DNA of 64,000 nt, taken from IMG/VR virus record IMGVR_UViG_3300046542_000227, positions 62,001-126,000 of that record. One strand, 5' to 3'. Numbering within the stretch: the stretch's first letter is position 1; each line of letters opens with the position of its first letter. Made by a program: the position numbers and the translations under genes. The notes below the pieces were generated by a model, which was given only the letters and a program-made list of their open reading frames with translations, was not told the origin of the DNA and searched no databases. Positions 29,054 to 39,112 of this stretch are shown piece after piece.

Positions 29054-29655
29054 ACCCACCCATCAAACTCCCGCAACTTGAACACGTCGTGGCTATGATC
29101 CATGCGTTGGTTGAGTACGACGCTGTCATACGCGACCTCGGTTGGGTTGATCCCAACCAAGAGTTCGATGGTCGTGATCTGTTGACGATCTACATGCGTC
29201 GTATGGGTGGGTTGTTCGGTGGTGTCACCGTAGTCCCCGCACTGGTCGCCCTGGATGGACTGCATACCGATCCACTGTTGACCACCGTAGCTGACACCTT
29301 TGTCTTAACGCGTATTGGGGAAGACATTGATCAGGTACTGATCGATACGTACGCTATTCTTCGCGCTGGGTTTCTGGAGCGGTCTATTACTCAAGAGACC
29401 GACGAGAGTCGGCTGTCGTACTGGCTACAGGTAGACCGAAAGCTTAACCAGCACATCCGCAAATACATGAACCGTCGTGCATTCCTCGGTCAGAATGATG
29501 AGTGGCTGCACACTAAGCTGCGGGAACAAGCCGCTAGCGTCGATCACCGTCGTGATTTCTTTAACCAATGGACCGCCAGTGACGAAGGCCGGGTATTCAA
29601 ACCCGAAGACCTACCTAACCTGTGTCCTGAACTCCCTTACAAGGAAAGACCTTAA
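29050..29655 (+). CDS. Hypothetical protein
   Basis: ATGA overlap. Confidence 0.65.
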   Translation: MNPPIKLPQLEHVVAMIHALVEYDAVIRDLGWVDPNQEFDGRDLLTIYMRRMGGLFGGVTVVPALVALDGLHTDPLLTTVADTFVLTRIGEDIDQVLIDTYAILRAGFLERSITQETDESRLSYWLQVDRKLNQHIRKYMNRRAFLGQNDEWLHTKLREQAASVDHRRDFFNQWTASDEGRVFKPEDLPNLCPELPYKERP

Positions 29656-30399
29656 ATGTCGATTATGAATGACGAGTGGATCATCACTCAATCTACACCA
29701 CCTACCCACCTGGTCTTCCACGCAGAACCAGGTCGTCAGAACGCACCGGCTTGGCTGGGTATTACCCACTCCGAAGATCAGCTCAAGGGTTGGGTTGCTC
29801 GTAACCATGCGATGGTCATGACTGACCGTGTACTTAAAGAAGAACTCGAATGGGAACCGATGATCACCCCATTCGAAGCTAAGCTGGTTCGTCAGGTCGA
29901 GGAGAAGAAAGTTATCTCCTACGGCGTGTCGAGCTATGGCTACGACGTAACGCTGGCTGAAGAGTTCAAGATCTTCACCAACGCTAATGGTGGCATCATC
30001 GATCCTAAGCGTTTCGATGAAGACCTGCTGTTAATCGACGGTACTGTACGTACTGACGAATGGGGTGATCGCTATGTGATCCTGCCCCCGAACAGCTACC
30101 TGCTCGGTCGTACCAACGAGTACTTCATCATCCCTCGTGATGTGATGGTGGTGTGTTTGGGCAAATCGACCTATGCCCGTACTGGCGCCATCGTTAACGT
30201 AACGCCAATCGAAGCGGACTTCCGCGGTAACGTGGTGATCGAGATTTCTAACTCGACTACCCTGCCGATGAAGATCTACGCCAACGAAGGTATCTCGCAG
30301 TTCCTGTTCTTCAAAGGTAACGCCCCGTGCCGCGTCTCTTACGCTGACCGTGGTGGCAAGTACCAAAACCAAACGGGTATCACTCACGCTAAGGTGTAA
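29656..30399 (+). CDS. dcd: dCTP deaminase
   Basis: [50 protein letters not shown]. Confidence 0.92.
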   Translation: MSIMNDEWIITQSTPPTHLVFHAEPGRQNAPAWLGITHSEDQLKGWVARNHAMVMTDRVLKEELEWEPMITPFEAKLVRQVEEKKVISYGVSSYGYDVTLAEEFKIFTNANGGIIDPKRFDEDLLLIDGTVRTDEWGDRYVILPPNSYLLGRTNEYFIIPRDVMVVCLGKSTYARTGAIVNVTPIEADFRGNVVIEISNSTTLPMKIYANEGISQFLFFKGNAPCRVSYADRGGKYQNQTGITHAKV

Positions 30400-30400
30400 C

Positions 30401-30751
30401 ATGAGCGAAGAAACCGTAAGGCTTGAAAACCTTAAAGAGATCCTCGAATACGTCATCGTGCGTAACGTCGGGATGGGTCAGGATCTTACCGAGCGTATCT
30501 TGCGTCGTTGTGACGAACTACGGGCTAAGTATCCTGAAGATACCAAGTTCGGTTTTGTGTTGTCCAATGACCACTCGCTGGTTAACCTGCCAGAAAGTGG
30601 TGCGCGTCCGGCTAGCGAACAACTGTACTTCCACTGCTTCACACTGGGGCCTGATGGTCGTACCAGTACTGAAGTCAACACGTTCTATCTGGTCAGCTTT
30701 AAGCTGGGTATGATCGACGATCAAACTAACAACATCTATACGGTGCATTAA
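30401..30751 (+). CDS. Hypothetical protein
   Basis: ATG right after dcd stop. Confidence 0.65.
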   Translation: MSEETVRLENLKEILEYVIVRNVGMGQDLTERILRRCDELRAKYPEDTKFGFVLSNDHSLVNLPESGARPASEQLYFHCFTLGPDGRTSTEVNTFYLVSFKLGMIDDQTNNIYTVH

Positions 30752-30759
30752 GGAATACC

Positions 30760-31743
30760 ATGACTGAATATGTAGTGCTGTATCACCGTGGTTGTAATGA
30801 TGGGATTGCAGCAGCATGGGCTACCCGCAATGCACTGGGTGACGAAGCGATTTATATCTCTCACCAATACGGTGACCCACTGCCGGCTGCTGTAGATGGT
30901 CGTCACTTGATCTTGGTAGACCTGAGCCTGACCAAGGCACAGATCGCTGAGGTCTGGCCTGACCGGGTTAAGTCGGTGATGATCATCGACCACCACAAGT
31001 CGGCACTGGAGGAACTGGTTGACGTTCCTTCGATCCACACCTTTGCTGTTTATAAGGAAGCGCTGAAGAGTGATCGTCCTGGGGTGTACAAGTCGTTCGA
31101 CATGGGTCGTGCTGGAGCTGTGTTGGCGTGGGCGTTCTTCAACAACATCAACGTTGAGACCGAGCCGTACGAAGAATGGCAAGATCGCATGCCTGAGGTT
31201 CTGGTCTTCATTGAGGACTATGATCTCTGGCGTCATCGCTACCCGGAGTCCAAGGCGGTTAATGCTTGGTTGATCAACGGTGGTTTGTTGATGGACCGTG
31301 TTGGTCAGATGATCGATTCACATGGGCAGATCCATGAAGACGTGTTGTCGATCGGCAATGCCATGCTGGCGTATGACGAGAACATCGCCAAATCGGTGAT
31401 CGCTAACTACGTGGAAGAATATCCGTACGGCACTGGCAAGATCGCTATGGTCAATGCCCCGCATCACCTGCGCAACATTATCGGTGATCTGCTGTCGTCG
31501 AAGTATGTCTTCGTGGTTTGCTACACCCGTCGTAAAAAGAAGACGGTGTTCAGCCTGCGTTCCAATGGCTTCGACACTTCGGCAATCTCTACGCGTCATG
31601 GTGGTGGTGGTCATGCGAAGTCTTCTTCGTTCACCATCCCTAACGGCCCTAATCAGAACCTGCTGGCGCTGATGGTCAAACCAACATTCATGGCTCGTCT
31701 GCGCATGGCGTGGATGGTCCTGTTCCCGAAGAAGGTGAAATGA
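30760..31743 (+). CDS. DHH/DHHA1 phosphoesterase
   Basis: YH.GCNDG, VDLS, IIDHH, SLRS, GGGGH. Confidence 0.85.
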   Translation: MTEYVVLYHRGCNDGIAAAWATRNALGDEAIYISHQYGDPLPAAVDGRHLILVDLSLTKAQIAEVWPDRVKSVMIIDHHKSALEELVDVPSIHTFAVYKEALKSDRPGVYKSFDMGRAGAVLAWAFFNNINVETEPYEEWQDRMPEVLVFIEDYDLWRHRYPESKAVNAWLINGGLLMDRVGQMIDSHGQIHEDVLSIGNAMLAYDENIAKSVIANYVEEYPYGTGKIAMVNAPHHLRNIIGDLLSSKYVFVVCYTRRKKKTVFSLRSNGFDTSAISTRHGGGGHAKSSSFTIPNGPNQNLLALMVKPTFMARLRMAWMVLFPKKVK

Positions 31744-31943
31744 TGCGACAAGCACCTGGTCAATTCAATGCTACCCAGTTGATCCGTAATGGCTGGCCTG
31801 CCAGTCGTGAGATTGACGTCGAAGGACAGAAGGTTGTAGTGCCCGGTCGTCCACTGGGGCTGGATACCATCCCTAACCGCTTCAAGCAAGCCTGGGCGGT
31901 GTTTACCGGTAAAGCTGACGCTCTGTACTGGGACGGTCAGTAA
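31740..31943 (+). CDS. Small hypothetical phage protein
   Basis: ATGA overlap; VPGRP...RFKQAWAVFTGKADAL. Confidence 0.65.
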   Translation: MMRQAPGQFNATQLIRNGWPASREIDVEGQKVVVPGRPLGLDTIPNRFKQAWAVFTGKADALYWDGQ

Positions 31944-31998
31944 ACGGCATAAGGGGCTCCTGCGGGAGCCCTGACTTTATTCCCAGTTGTGTAGAGGC

Positions 31999-32007
31999 CT
32001 ATATCAC
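31999..32007 (+). promoter_or_regulatory. Putative early promoter motif CTATATCAC
   Basis: Motif copy after terminator at 31946-31980. Confidence 0.65.
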
Positions 32008-32091
32008 CAGAGTGTATTAATAGAAACACCTACAGTCACACGCGGCGTAGTCGCAAACACCCTCCTATCTACAGCAATAAGGATTTACCCA

Positions 32092-32478
32092 ATGATCGCA
32101 CGTTACGAAAACGACAGTGTCTTCTTCAAACTGAACGGTGAAAAGGAAGACCTGCGTCTTGACCTGCACCCACGTAAGGCTGCACTGGATCTTGACTTGG
32201 TTATTACCGCGGTGGTGATCTCCAACCTCGAAGATGAAACCAGTGACATCCAGCATGGCCACTTCCGTGCCAACCTGTTGCAAGACGACGGCACCTGGAA
32301 AGAAATGCATGGCAACGATTTCACCTACGAATTTCAGCGTAAGCTGCAGCCGCTGTTGGAACAGGCCGGGCGTGAAACCTCGGGTGATATGCCCTGCATG
32401 ATGCACAGTGAGTTCAAGTACGCTCACATCCCACTACATCACTCGCGCATGTTGCACGCTGACCTGTTCAAAGACTGA
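32092..32478 (+). CDS. Hypothetical protein
   Basis: TAAGGA RBS. Confidence 0.65.
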   Translation: MIARYENDSVFFKLNGEKEDLRLDLHPRKAALDLDLVITAVVISNLEDETSDIQHGHFRANLLQDDGTWKEMHGNDFTYEFQRKLQPLLEQAGRETSGDMPCMMHSEFKYAHIPLHHSRMLHADLFKD

Positions 32479-32525
32479 TCATCAACCGGTACGGGGTTCG
32501 CCCCGTACCACTTTAGGAGTAGGAC

Positions 32526-33281
32526 ATGAAAGGCACTCTCTTTGGCTGGTTACGTACATCGCCACCACTTGTTGCAGCTACATCGATCCGTACCCGCATC
32601 CGTGAGCTGGTCGAACGCCAAGGCTTTGCCCGTGTCGAGATTCGCCACACCACTGGGGCGAAGTTGAACGAATTGGTTTATGTATTGGCGATCGATGATA
32701 CCTCGATCAATGGCCACAGTATCCCAGCCATGATCAGTCCAGAAGTGGGCCGTCGTGTATGGCGCTTTGAACACATCGAATTGAACAGTGCGTTAGATCC
32801 AGGTGGTTTCCCGTTGGTTAACGATACGCTACCGGGTCCATTAGAACAGCACATGCAGTATCTAGCACGTGAGCTCCAGTACGACGAGCGTTACTGCATC
32901 TACGAATCCAGGTTCGGTGAACGCTTCTATGTTAATGGTGGCTTTAATAACCACAAGGCTGGCTTCACCGCACTTAAGCTTTACCCAACAGAATACAATC
33001 CGAACGGTAACTGCGCCTCCTTCTTTGACTACGTGCTAACGCCGTTCTATGAAGGTAAGTTCATTCTGGATGGGGTCTCTGAACCTATCCCTAACTTCAT
33101 CTACTACGACTGGATGGGTAACCGGGTCCGTGATAAGTCCCACATCAAAGCGAAGCAGATGCTAGCGCGTGGTACCGCTGTCGAAACCCTCGAAAGCATG
33201 CTTGAAGTACAGCGGACACAAACCCGCAATATGGAACACCTCCTCAACAAACTGAAACAGGCGCAGATCGATGTACACTGA
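32526..33281 (+). CDS. Hypothetical protein
   Basis: AGGAG RBS. Confidence 0.65.
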   Translation: MKGTLFGWLRTSPPLVAATSIRTRIRELVERQGFARVEIRHTTGAKLNELVYVLAIDDTSINGHSIPAMISPEVGRRVWRFEHIELNSALDPGGFPLVNDTLPGPLEQHMQYLARELQYDERYCIYESRFGERFYVNGGFNNHKAGFTALKLYPTEYNPNGNCASFFDYVLTPFYEGKFILDGVSEPIPNFIYYDWMGNRVRDKSHIKAKQMLARGTAVETLESMLEVQRTQTRNMEHLLNKLKQAQIDVH

Positions 33282-33750
33282 TAACATCACCATTTGGCTC
33301 GGTCTTCTACTTGTAGCTAATCAACCGAACAAAGTTGTCAAAGAGCAAGTCAAGCACCTGATGCGTAATGCCCACCCCGGTGCTCGGGATGGTGTCCTTA
33401 GCCGTATTCTTAAATCACGGCTGATGGGCAAAGAGATCGTCAAGGCCGTACAAGAACTTGATGGTCCTGATCAAGAGATCAAAAGCTACCTGCGTGACGG
33501 TAAGGATGGTTTCGTCCAGATCGTCTACGGTGGTATGCCAGTGTTGTTCCCGATTGATGTTGCTTACGGGGATGACAAAGATAAGGCGTGGATGCTGAAG
33601 AACGAGAGCGCTGTTATGTTGGCGGTGGCTCAGGTATTGCGGGAGCGTTTGGAAGTACCGCAAATGACTGCACGTGTGTTCTTGTTCTCTGAAGCCGGGT
33701 GGTCTGGTAACAGTGAAATCGTTACTGTAATGAAGCCACCCAAGGCGTAG
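33271..33750 (+). CDS. Hypothetical protein
   Basis: Overlapping start. Confidence 0.6.
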   Translation: MYTDNITIWLGLLLVANQPNKVVKEQVKHLMRNAHPGARDGVLSRILKSRLMGKEIVKAVQELDGPDQEIKSYLRDGKDGFVQIVYGGMPVLFPIDVAYGDDKDKAWMLKNESAVMLAVAQVLRERLEVPQMTARVFLFSEAGWSGNSEIVTVMKPPKA

Positions 33751-33803
33751 AGTTTTACTAGGTTTGGGTATTATTTGTTATTACCCAACCAAAGGAAGAC
33801 TTC

Positions 33804-34529
33804 ATGTCTCACAAAGAACACATTCTGGCGTTCATCGGTTCTGAACTCACCGTGATCCGCTCTAACGGTGAGGGCACGCCAGAAGCTTTCCGTCACAATG
33901 CTTTTACCCCACGTAGCGATTACGTCGACAACGTTCTGTTCAACCACATGCAGTACGCGACCGAGATCACTTGGCGCGATACCGCTGAGTTCTGGCCAGA
34001 AACCGCTAACCCACTGGTCGACAGCCCAGCACGTCACCGTCAGATCCTGCCGTATGCCCCACTGACCCAGATCGCTGAAGGCATCAAGCGTTACGCTGTA
34101 TACCAGCGCGTTAAAGGCATCGGTGAATCGCGTCTGCTGCGTGGTCACTCCATCGGCTTCGGCGGTCACCTGACCGGCAAGTATGCACAGTACGACGACC
34201 ACGGCGGTATCGTGTTCCAGACCAGTGTACATGCTGGCCTGAAAGCTGAGATGGGTGAAGAGTGCCACGTCGATATCGACGCGCCAGGTGTTCAGGTAAT
34301 CCCGTGGGGTTATATCAACTCGGTCATGTCGCCAGTTGATGCCCTGCACTTCTCTTACGTCATCGAAGTTCAAGTTCCCGCTGACTACCCTGTACTGGTT
34401 AACGAGAAAGGCCTGAACTTCAAAGGTTTCTTCACCAAAGAAGAGATCATCCAGATGCATGAAGAACTGCCAAAAGAGATCGGCTTCGAAAGCTGGTCGC
34501 GCATGCTGATCGAACACGGCCTGCAGTAA
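33804..34529 (+). CDS. NUDIX-like phosphoesterase
   Basis: RQILPY, YQR..G.GESRL..HSIGFGGH, E..EE. Confidence 0.65.
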   Translation: MSHKEHILAFIGSELTVIRSNGEGTPEAFRHNAFTPRSDYVDNVLFNHMQYATEITWRDTAEFWPETANPLVDSPARHRQILPYAPLTQIAEGIKRYAVYQRVKGIGESRLLRGHSIGFGGHLTGKYAQYDDHGGIVFQTSVHAGLKAEMGEECHVDIDAPGVQVIPWGYINSVMSPVDALHFSYVIEVQVPADYPVLVNEKGLNFKGFFTKEEIIQMHEELPKEIGFESWSRMLIEHGLQ

Positions 34530-34603
34530 TACCCCAAAGATCAGAGCTGGGGCAACTCAGCTCTCTTCTGCCCTCTATCTCGAATGCTAGGAGTACCTGT
34601 AAC

Positions 34604-35068
34604 ATGGATTTTAAGCAATACAACCGTAAAGTCATGGATCACTTGATGGGCCTGCTCGAAGCATCCGAGATGGACCATTGGAACATGATCTTCGATCCGG
34701 CACACCTCGACCCGCAACAAGGCTTGCACAAGTACGCACAGCCCGATGGCATGCTGGTGTTGAACTTCAATCCGATGGCCTGCCGTGAGTTTCATTTGGG
34801 TGAAGAACACATCACATGCAACATGTCTCTGCGGGGGCATAAGACTCACCTCGTACTGCCGTTCTATGCGGTGCGTGGTATTCAACTCGAAATCCAAGGC
34901 GTGCCAATTGTAGTCCCGGCGGACATGGCTGTCCTTATTATCGACCAAGGCGTTGCTCCTGATCAGGAGCGTCGTGCTGAACCAGAGCCGATGCCATTGA
35001 CTGGCGTCGCTGGTAAAGTAGTTCCCCTGTTTGGCAACCGTAACCCATCCTCAACGAAAGAGTCCTAG
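34604..35068 (+). CDS. sspB: SspB-like ClpXP adaptor
   Basis: DGMLVLNFNP.A......E.ITCNMSL.G....VLPF.AV.GI resembles the SspB core; flexible tail. Confidence 0.7.
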   Translation: MDFKQYNRKVMDHLMGLLEASEMDHWNMIFDPAHLDPQQGLHKYAQPDGMLVLNFNPMACREFHLGEEHITCNMSLRGHKTHLVLPFYAVRGIQLEIQGVPIVVPADMAVLIIDQGVAPDQERRAEPEPMPLTGVAGKVVPLFGNRNPSSTKES

Positions 35069-35074
35069 TCGTTT

Positions 35075-35578
35075 ATGTCTGCCTTTATAAGTCTAGCGGG
35101 ACAACGCTTCGGTAAATGGACCGTACTTGGCCGCTGCGCTAATAAAGGCACGTGTGTTAAATGGTCCTGTCGATGCGACTGTGGTAATGAGGTATCGGTG
35201 CACGGTACCAGCCTCCGAAGAGGGATATCGACGCAATGTCAACGGTGTGCTTCTACCATTCACGGCATGGCCGGTCAGAACACGATGAATAACACCAGTC
35301 CTGAATACACGGCATGGTGGAATGCTAAACGTCGATGTACTAGTCCAAGGGACCCCAAATGGAAAGACTATGGTGGTCGTGGTATTACCATGGACACCCT
35401 ATGGCTTATCTCGTTTGATGCCTTCTATAAACACATTGGTCCCCGTCCGGATGGGCATATTCTGGACAGGGAAGATAACGATAAAGGCTATATTCCTGGG
35501 AATGTCCGCTGGGTAACTTATGCTGTATCTAACCTCAATCGAAGAAACAAAAGGAAATTAAATGCGTCAGTATCTTGA
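35075..35578 (+). CDS. Free-standing HNH homing endonuclease
   Basis: GQRFGKWTV, W.CRCDCG, RC......YGGRGI, LDREDNDKGYIPGNVRW...N..N; overlaps thyA start. Confidence 0.85.
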   Translation: MSAFISLAGQRFGKWTVLGRCANKGTCVKWSCRCDCGNEVSVHGTSLRRGISTQCQRCASTIHGMAGQNTMNNTSPEYTAWWNAKRRCTSPRDPKWKDYGGRGITMDTLWLISFDAFYKHIGPRPDGHILDREDNDKGYIPGNVRWVTYAVSNLNRRNKRKLNASVS

Positions 35579-36965
35579 CTTTCTGCAACACATTCTTGAT
35601 CACGGTGAGCAGAAAGATGATCGTACACAGACAGGAACTCTTTCTGTTTTCGGATTCCAAATGCGTTTCAGCATCGAGGGTTATGACTGCCCTTGGATCA
35701 CCACCAAGCTGAGCCACCCGAAGAGCATCATTCGTGAACTGAAGATGTTCACCATGGGCACTGGTGAGATTGACTACCTCGCCGAGCATGACGTGACCAT
35801 CTGGGACGAATGGGTTAAGGCCGGTACTCGTGTCTACAACACCCTGACCGTGGGTGAGCGCATGGAGCGTGTGCGCAAGAATAAAGAAGAGGTCAATGCG
35901 GCGTTCGATGTGTATCGCGAAAGCCTCTACTCGGTTGATGAAGTTGAAGGCTGGGAGTTCATGCCGCTGTCTGGCAAGTACCGTGCTCCGGACATCAACG
36001 AACTGTTGCATGCGTGGATCGATGCTAACACCAAGATCGGTCGTCAGAAACTGACCAAGGGCGACTTGGGTCCGATCTACGGTGTGCAATGGCGTAAGTG
36101 GCCACTGTCCAAAGAAACCCGTCCGTTGTCGCGCCGTAGCGCTGCTCGTGCGGTGGAAGCGATTGGTAAGTTCGATGAACTGAAAGCCAAGTTCGCTGAC
36201 GAGTTCGCTCTGGACCTGTGGCTGATGAAAGCCGGCGGTACTGAACCGTTCTCCACTGAGAACGCGGATGACTCGGTTGTGTCGGCATGGTTGGCTGATC
36301 ATGGCCATGCATTGACTGAAGAAGTCACTGTGCGCTCCATCGACCAGATCGCTCGGGCTATTCACAAGCTGAAGACTGATCCGAACAGCCGTAGCATCAT
36401 CGTCTCGGCCTGGAACCCTGCTGAGCTGGCTGACATGGCCTTGGAGCCATGCCACACCATGTTCCAGTTCTACAGTCGCTACCTGAATCACCGTCAACTG
36501 GTCGGCGTAATCAAACGCAGTCCTCTGCTGCGTGTGGCTATGCAAACACTGGTGCCTGCTGATGCTGAAGAGTCGGCGTTGTATGATGTAGACCGTGATG
36601 AGCTGTACGCATTCTGCGTCAAGTACGAACTGCCAACCCGTGGTCTGAGCTGCCAACTGTATCAAAGATCAGCTGACGCACTTTTGGGCGTTCCCTTCAA
36701 TATCTCCAGCTATGCACTGCTGACCAAGATGTTTGCTCAGGTTGTGGGTATGGAGCCGATCGAGTTCATCTGGACCGGCGGCGACTGTCACATCTACAAC
36801 AACCACATGGACCAGGTCAAAGAGCAGCTTTCCCGTGAGCCGTTCGAAGGCCCTAAGGTTGTGCTCAATGCGGAAGTCACTGACATCGACCAGTTCGAGT
36901 TCAAGGACATCCAGTTGATCGATTACAAGCATCACCCGGCCATCCCTGCACCTAAAGCGGTGTAA
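35562..36965 (+). CDS. thyA: Thymidylate synthase with large insertions
   Basis: DDRTQTGT, IWDEW, GDLGPIYGVQWR, SAWNP, MALEPCH, LYQRSAD.LLGVPFN, GDCHIYNNH. Confidence 0.95.
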   Translation: MRQYLDFLQHILDHGEQKDDRTQTGTLSVFGFQMRFSIEGYDCPWITTKLSHPKSIIRELKMFTMGTGEIDYLAEHDVTIWDEWVKAGTRVYNTLTVGERMERVRKNKEEVNAAFDVYRESLYSVDEVEGWEFMPLSGKYRAPDINELLHAWIDANTKIGRQKLTKGDLGPIYGVQWRKWPLSKETRPLSRRSAARAVEAIGKFDELKAKFADEFALDLWLMKAGGTEPFSTENADDSVVSAWLADHGHALTEEVTVRSIDQIARAIHKLKTDPNSRSIIVSAWNPAELADMALEPCHTMFQFYSRYLNHRQLVGVIKRSPLLRVAMQTLVPADAEESALYDVDRDELYAFCVKYELPTRGLSCQLYQRSADALLGVPFNISSYALLTKMFAQVVGMEPIEFIWTGGDCHIYNNHMDQVKEQLSREPFEGPKVVLNAEVTDIDQFEFKDIQLIDYKHHPAIPAPKAV

Positions 36966-36967
36966 GG

Positions 36968-37014
36968 CGGCATAAGCGTCGGGCCTTCGGGCCTGACGTT
37001 TTTCTTTTATGTCC
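36968..37014 (+). terminator. Intrinsic terminator
   Basis: cgtcgggcc-ttcg-ggcctgacg plus T-run. Confidence 0.8.
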
Positions 37015-37029
37015 CTGAGGTGAACTACA

Positions 37030-37350
37030 ATGGATATTTCTATTAAGTTGCCTGACCCTCTGCAGATTGCCAAAGAAGGGTTGTTGGAAGAGGTCATGGC
37101 TTCCGCTCGTTACAATGCTGATTGGACCATGGAGAAGCGGGATCTGACCGATGAAGTCCGTGAGTTGGTGCACTACGCTGCTCGTAACGTGGCTTGCGGC
37201 ATCATGGACATCCTCGATGGCAATACCGATCAGGGTCAGTATGTTCTGCTGCCACTGTCTGTAGTCACAGGTTTTACCGATGAACTCCCGACTATGGCTG
37301 GGGATCTGTCGGAACAACTCCAAGACCTTTACGAAACGATCAACGACTGA
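37030..37350 (+). CDS. DIN-motif family protein (ends YETIND)
   Basis: GAGGTG RBS; tandem paralog 1. Confidence 0.75.
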   Translation: MDISIKLPDPLQIAKEGLLEEVMASARYNADWTMEKRDLTDEVRELVHYAARNVACGIMDILDGNTDQGQYVLLPLSVVTGFTDELPTMAGDLSEQLQDLYETIND

Positions 37351-37358
37351 GGTGTGGC

Positions 37359-37718
37359 ATGAACGCTGACAAAGATTCACCGCTGGGTAAGGCTATTAAT
37401 AGCGCAGTGGCCCGAGCTACCGCCGGTAAGCCTGATGAACCACGGTTGGTTCACCACATGCTACACCAACCCCGCGTTGACTTCATTGAGAAGGTACTGG
37501 ATGCGCGTGACGACGCCTATGAAGACGTCATGGTGCAACTTCCGCCTGAGTTCCACGAACCGGTCCATAAGGCCATTACAGCAGCCGTGGTGAAAACATT
37601 GGGTGCTCTCGATGAGGGCTATGTATTATTGCCTAATCCCGACCCCGATGATGCCTTCAACCTAGCTGGTGATCTGGCTGTTATCTTCAGTACCATCTAC
37701 GACGATGTCAATACCTGA
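37359..37718 (+). CDS. DIN-motif family protein (ends YDDVNT)
   Basis: GAGGTG RBS; LDEGYVLLP...NLAGDL. Confidence 0.75.
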   Translation: MNADKDSPLGKAINSAVARATAGKPDEPRLVHHMLHQPRVDFIEKVLDARDDAYEDVMVQLPPEFHEPVHKAITAAVVKTLGALDEGYVLLPNPDPDDAFNLAGDLAVIFSTIYDDVNT

Positions 37719-37725
37719 GGTGGCT

Positions 37726-38046
37726 ATGAATCTGGAATTGATTTTGCCGGATCCCATGAAGGAAGCCAAGCAAATCTTCCTGAGTGACGTGGTGAATATG
37801 CGTGAAGCCGCTATCTTGCTACATGCCACCAATCGTGAAGACCCCTTCGAAGGTCCTGTGGCTAATGCCGTTAATTACCTAACTGGTAATTTCTTGGAAT
37901 ACCTCGACGGTGGGGAGAAATGCAACGCGGGCTATACGGTGCTACCCAACCGGATGCTGCGCGGTGGTACTGAAGGTACGTTACCCAATATCGCGGGTGA
38001 GCTGTACTTGGACTACGCTGCTTTGTTCGAAGATATCAACGACTGA
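37726..38046 (+). CDS. DIN-motif family protein (ends FEDIND)
   Basis: GAGGTG RBS; LPDP N-terminus shared with 37030; LDG...GYTVLP...NIAGEL. Confidence 0.75.
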   Translation: MNLELILPDPMKEAKQIFLSDVVNMREAAILLHATNREDPFEGPVANAVNYLTGNFLEYLDGGEKCNAGYTVLPNRMLRGGTEGTLPNIAGELYLDYAALFEDIND

Positions 38047-38110
38047 GCATAAGCCTACCCTTCGGGGTAGGTCATATGTCCTTTTTCTTTTCTGCACTTG
38101 CTTTAACATT

Positions 38111-38118
38111 TATATTAC
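38111..38118 (+). promoter_or_regulatory. Early promoter TATATTAC
   Basis: Matches the phiKZ early promoter consensus, intergenic. Confidence 0.65.
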
Positions 38119-38145
38119 CCTTACGATAATCACTGGAGTATCAAC

Positions 38146-38736
38146 ATGTCTTCTGTTTCTGAAATGCGTGAACACCTGATCGGTAAGATGGGTGCTGTGT
38201 ATCGCTGTAATGATCTTGCTCATCAGATCGGTCACTTCAATGCTGTTGAGGTGTGTGGTAATGAAATCAACAATCGATTGAAATTGGGTTATGATCCAAA
38301 AATGATCATGTTGGTTGCCTATCTTCACGACATGTTTGCGTGGAGTCGAGTGAATCACCACATCTTGAGTTGGCAGTTTGTGCTGGGTTCAGACATGGAT
38401 CTACTGAACTCGCTGGATGAAACACAGCGGGAAATGGTAGCATTGGCCTGTAAGGAACATCGCGCTTCCTTTAAAGGTGATTTCAGCTGTATGTTCTCTG
38501 AGTTGATGAACGCTGCTGATCGTGAATTACCGGGGAATGTGCCCGCCATGTTGGAACGTGCGATTCAGTATCGTATCGATAACGAATACATGACACGGGA
38601 AGAAGCTACCCCGGGCGCCATCGCACACATCAAAGAAAAGTTTGGCGATGGTGGGTATGCTCGCTACCCTGGAATGTACCTGCGTTGCTTTGCCCCAGAG
38701 CTGGAACAACAGCGTATCGATATCGCCAACCTGTAA
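38146..38736 (+). CDS. HD-domain phosphohydrolase
   Basis: AHQIGH, AYLHD, EHRAS, AAD. Confidence 0.8.
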   Translation: MSSVSEMREHLIGKMGAVYRCNDLAHQIGHFNAVEVCGNEINNRLKLGYDPKMIMLVAYLHDMFAWSRVNHHILSWQFVLGSDMDLLNSLDETQREMVALACKEHRASFKGDFSCMFSELMNAADRELPGNVPAMLERAIQYRIDNEYMTREEATPGAIAHIKEKFGDGGYARYPGMYLRCFAPELEQQRIDIANL

Positions 38737-38746
38737 AGAGGGATCC

Positions 38747-39112
38747 ATGGGTACTATTACTTTCTCGACATTGCAAGTAACCGCCCCTATGGGCGAACGT
38801 GACAGCATGAAGATGGTGGCCGCTCGTGCTACTGAGCTGGGTCTGGTACACACCGGTGTTCATACGCTGCCACACAACAGCTGGCTTTACTTGAGTGTGC
38901 TGCCTTCGGGTAGCAAGGCTGACTGGCCTGAGGAGCAGCAACATCTGGATGCCCTGCATGTGTTGTTCCGGACCATCGAGGCGTACAACCGGGATCAAGG
39001 CGGTATCTTCCTCACAGCAGTACAGTTGCGTGTCCAAGACAATCCCTGCACTGGTGATCCTGTTGCCAACATCACCTATCAATCAACTCGTACTGTGGAG
39101 ATGGATCAATGA
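38747..39112 (+). CDS. Hypothetical protein
   Basis: GAGGGA RBS. Confidence 0.65.
   Translation: MGTITFSTLQVTAPMGERDSMKMVAARATELGLVHTGVHTLPHNSWLYLSVLPSGSKADWPEEQQHLDALHVLFRTIEAYNRDQGGIFLTAVQLRVQDNPCTGDPVANITYQSTRTVEMDQ

Noticed and set aside
35562-36965. Intron or intein in thyA
   Set aside because: Frame is continuous, no intein terminal residues, and the HNH gene lies outside the core gene
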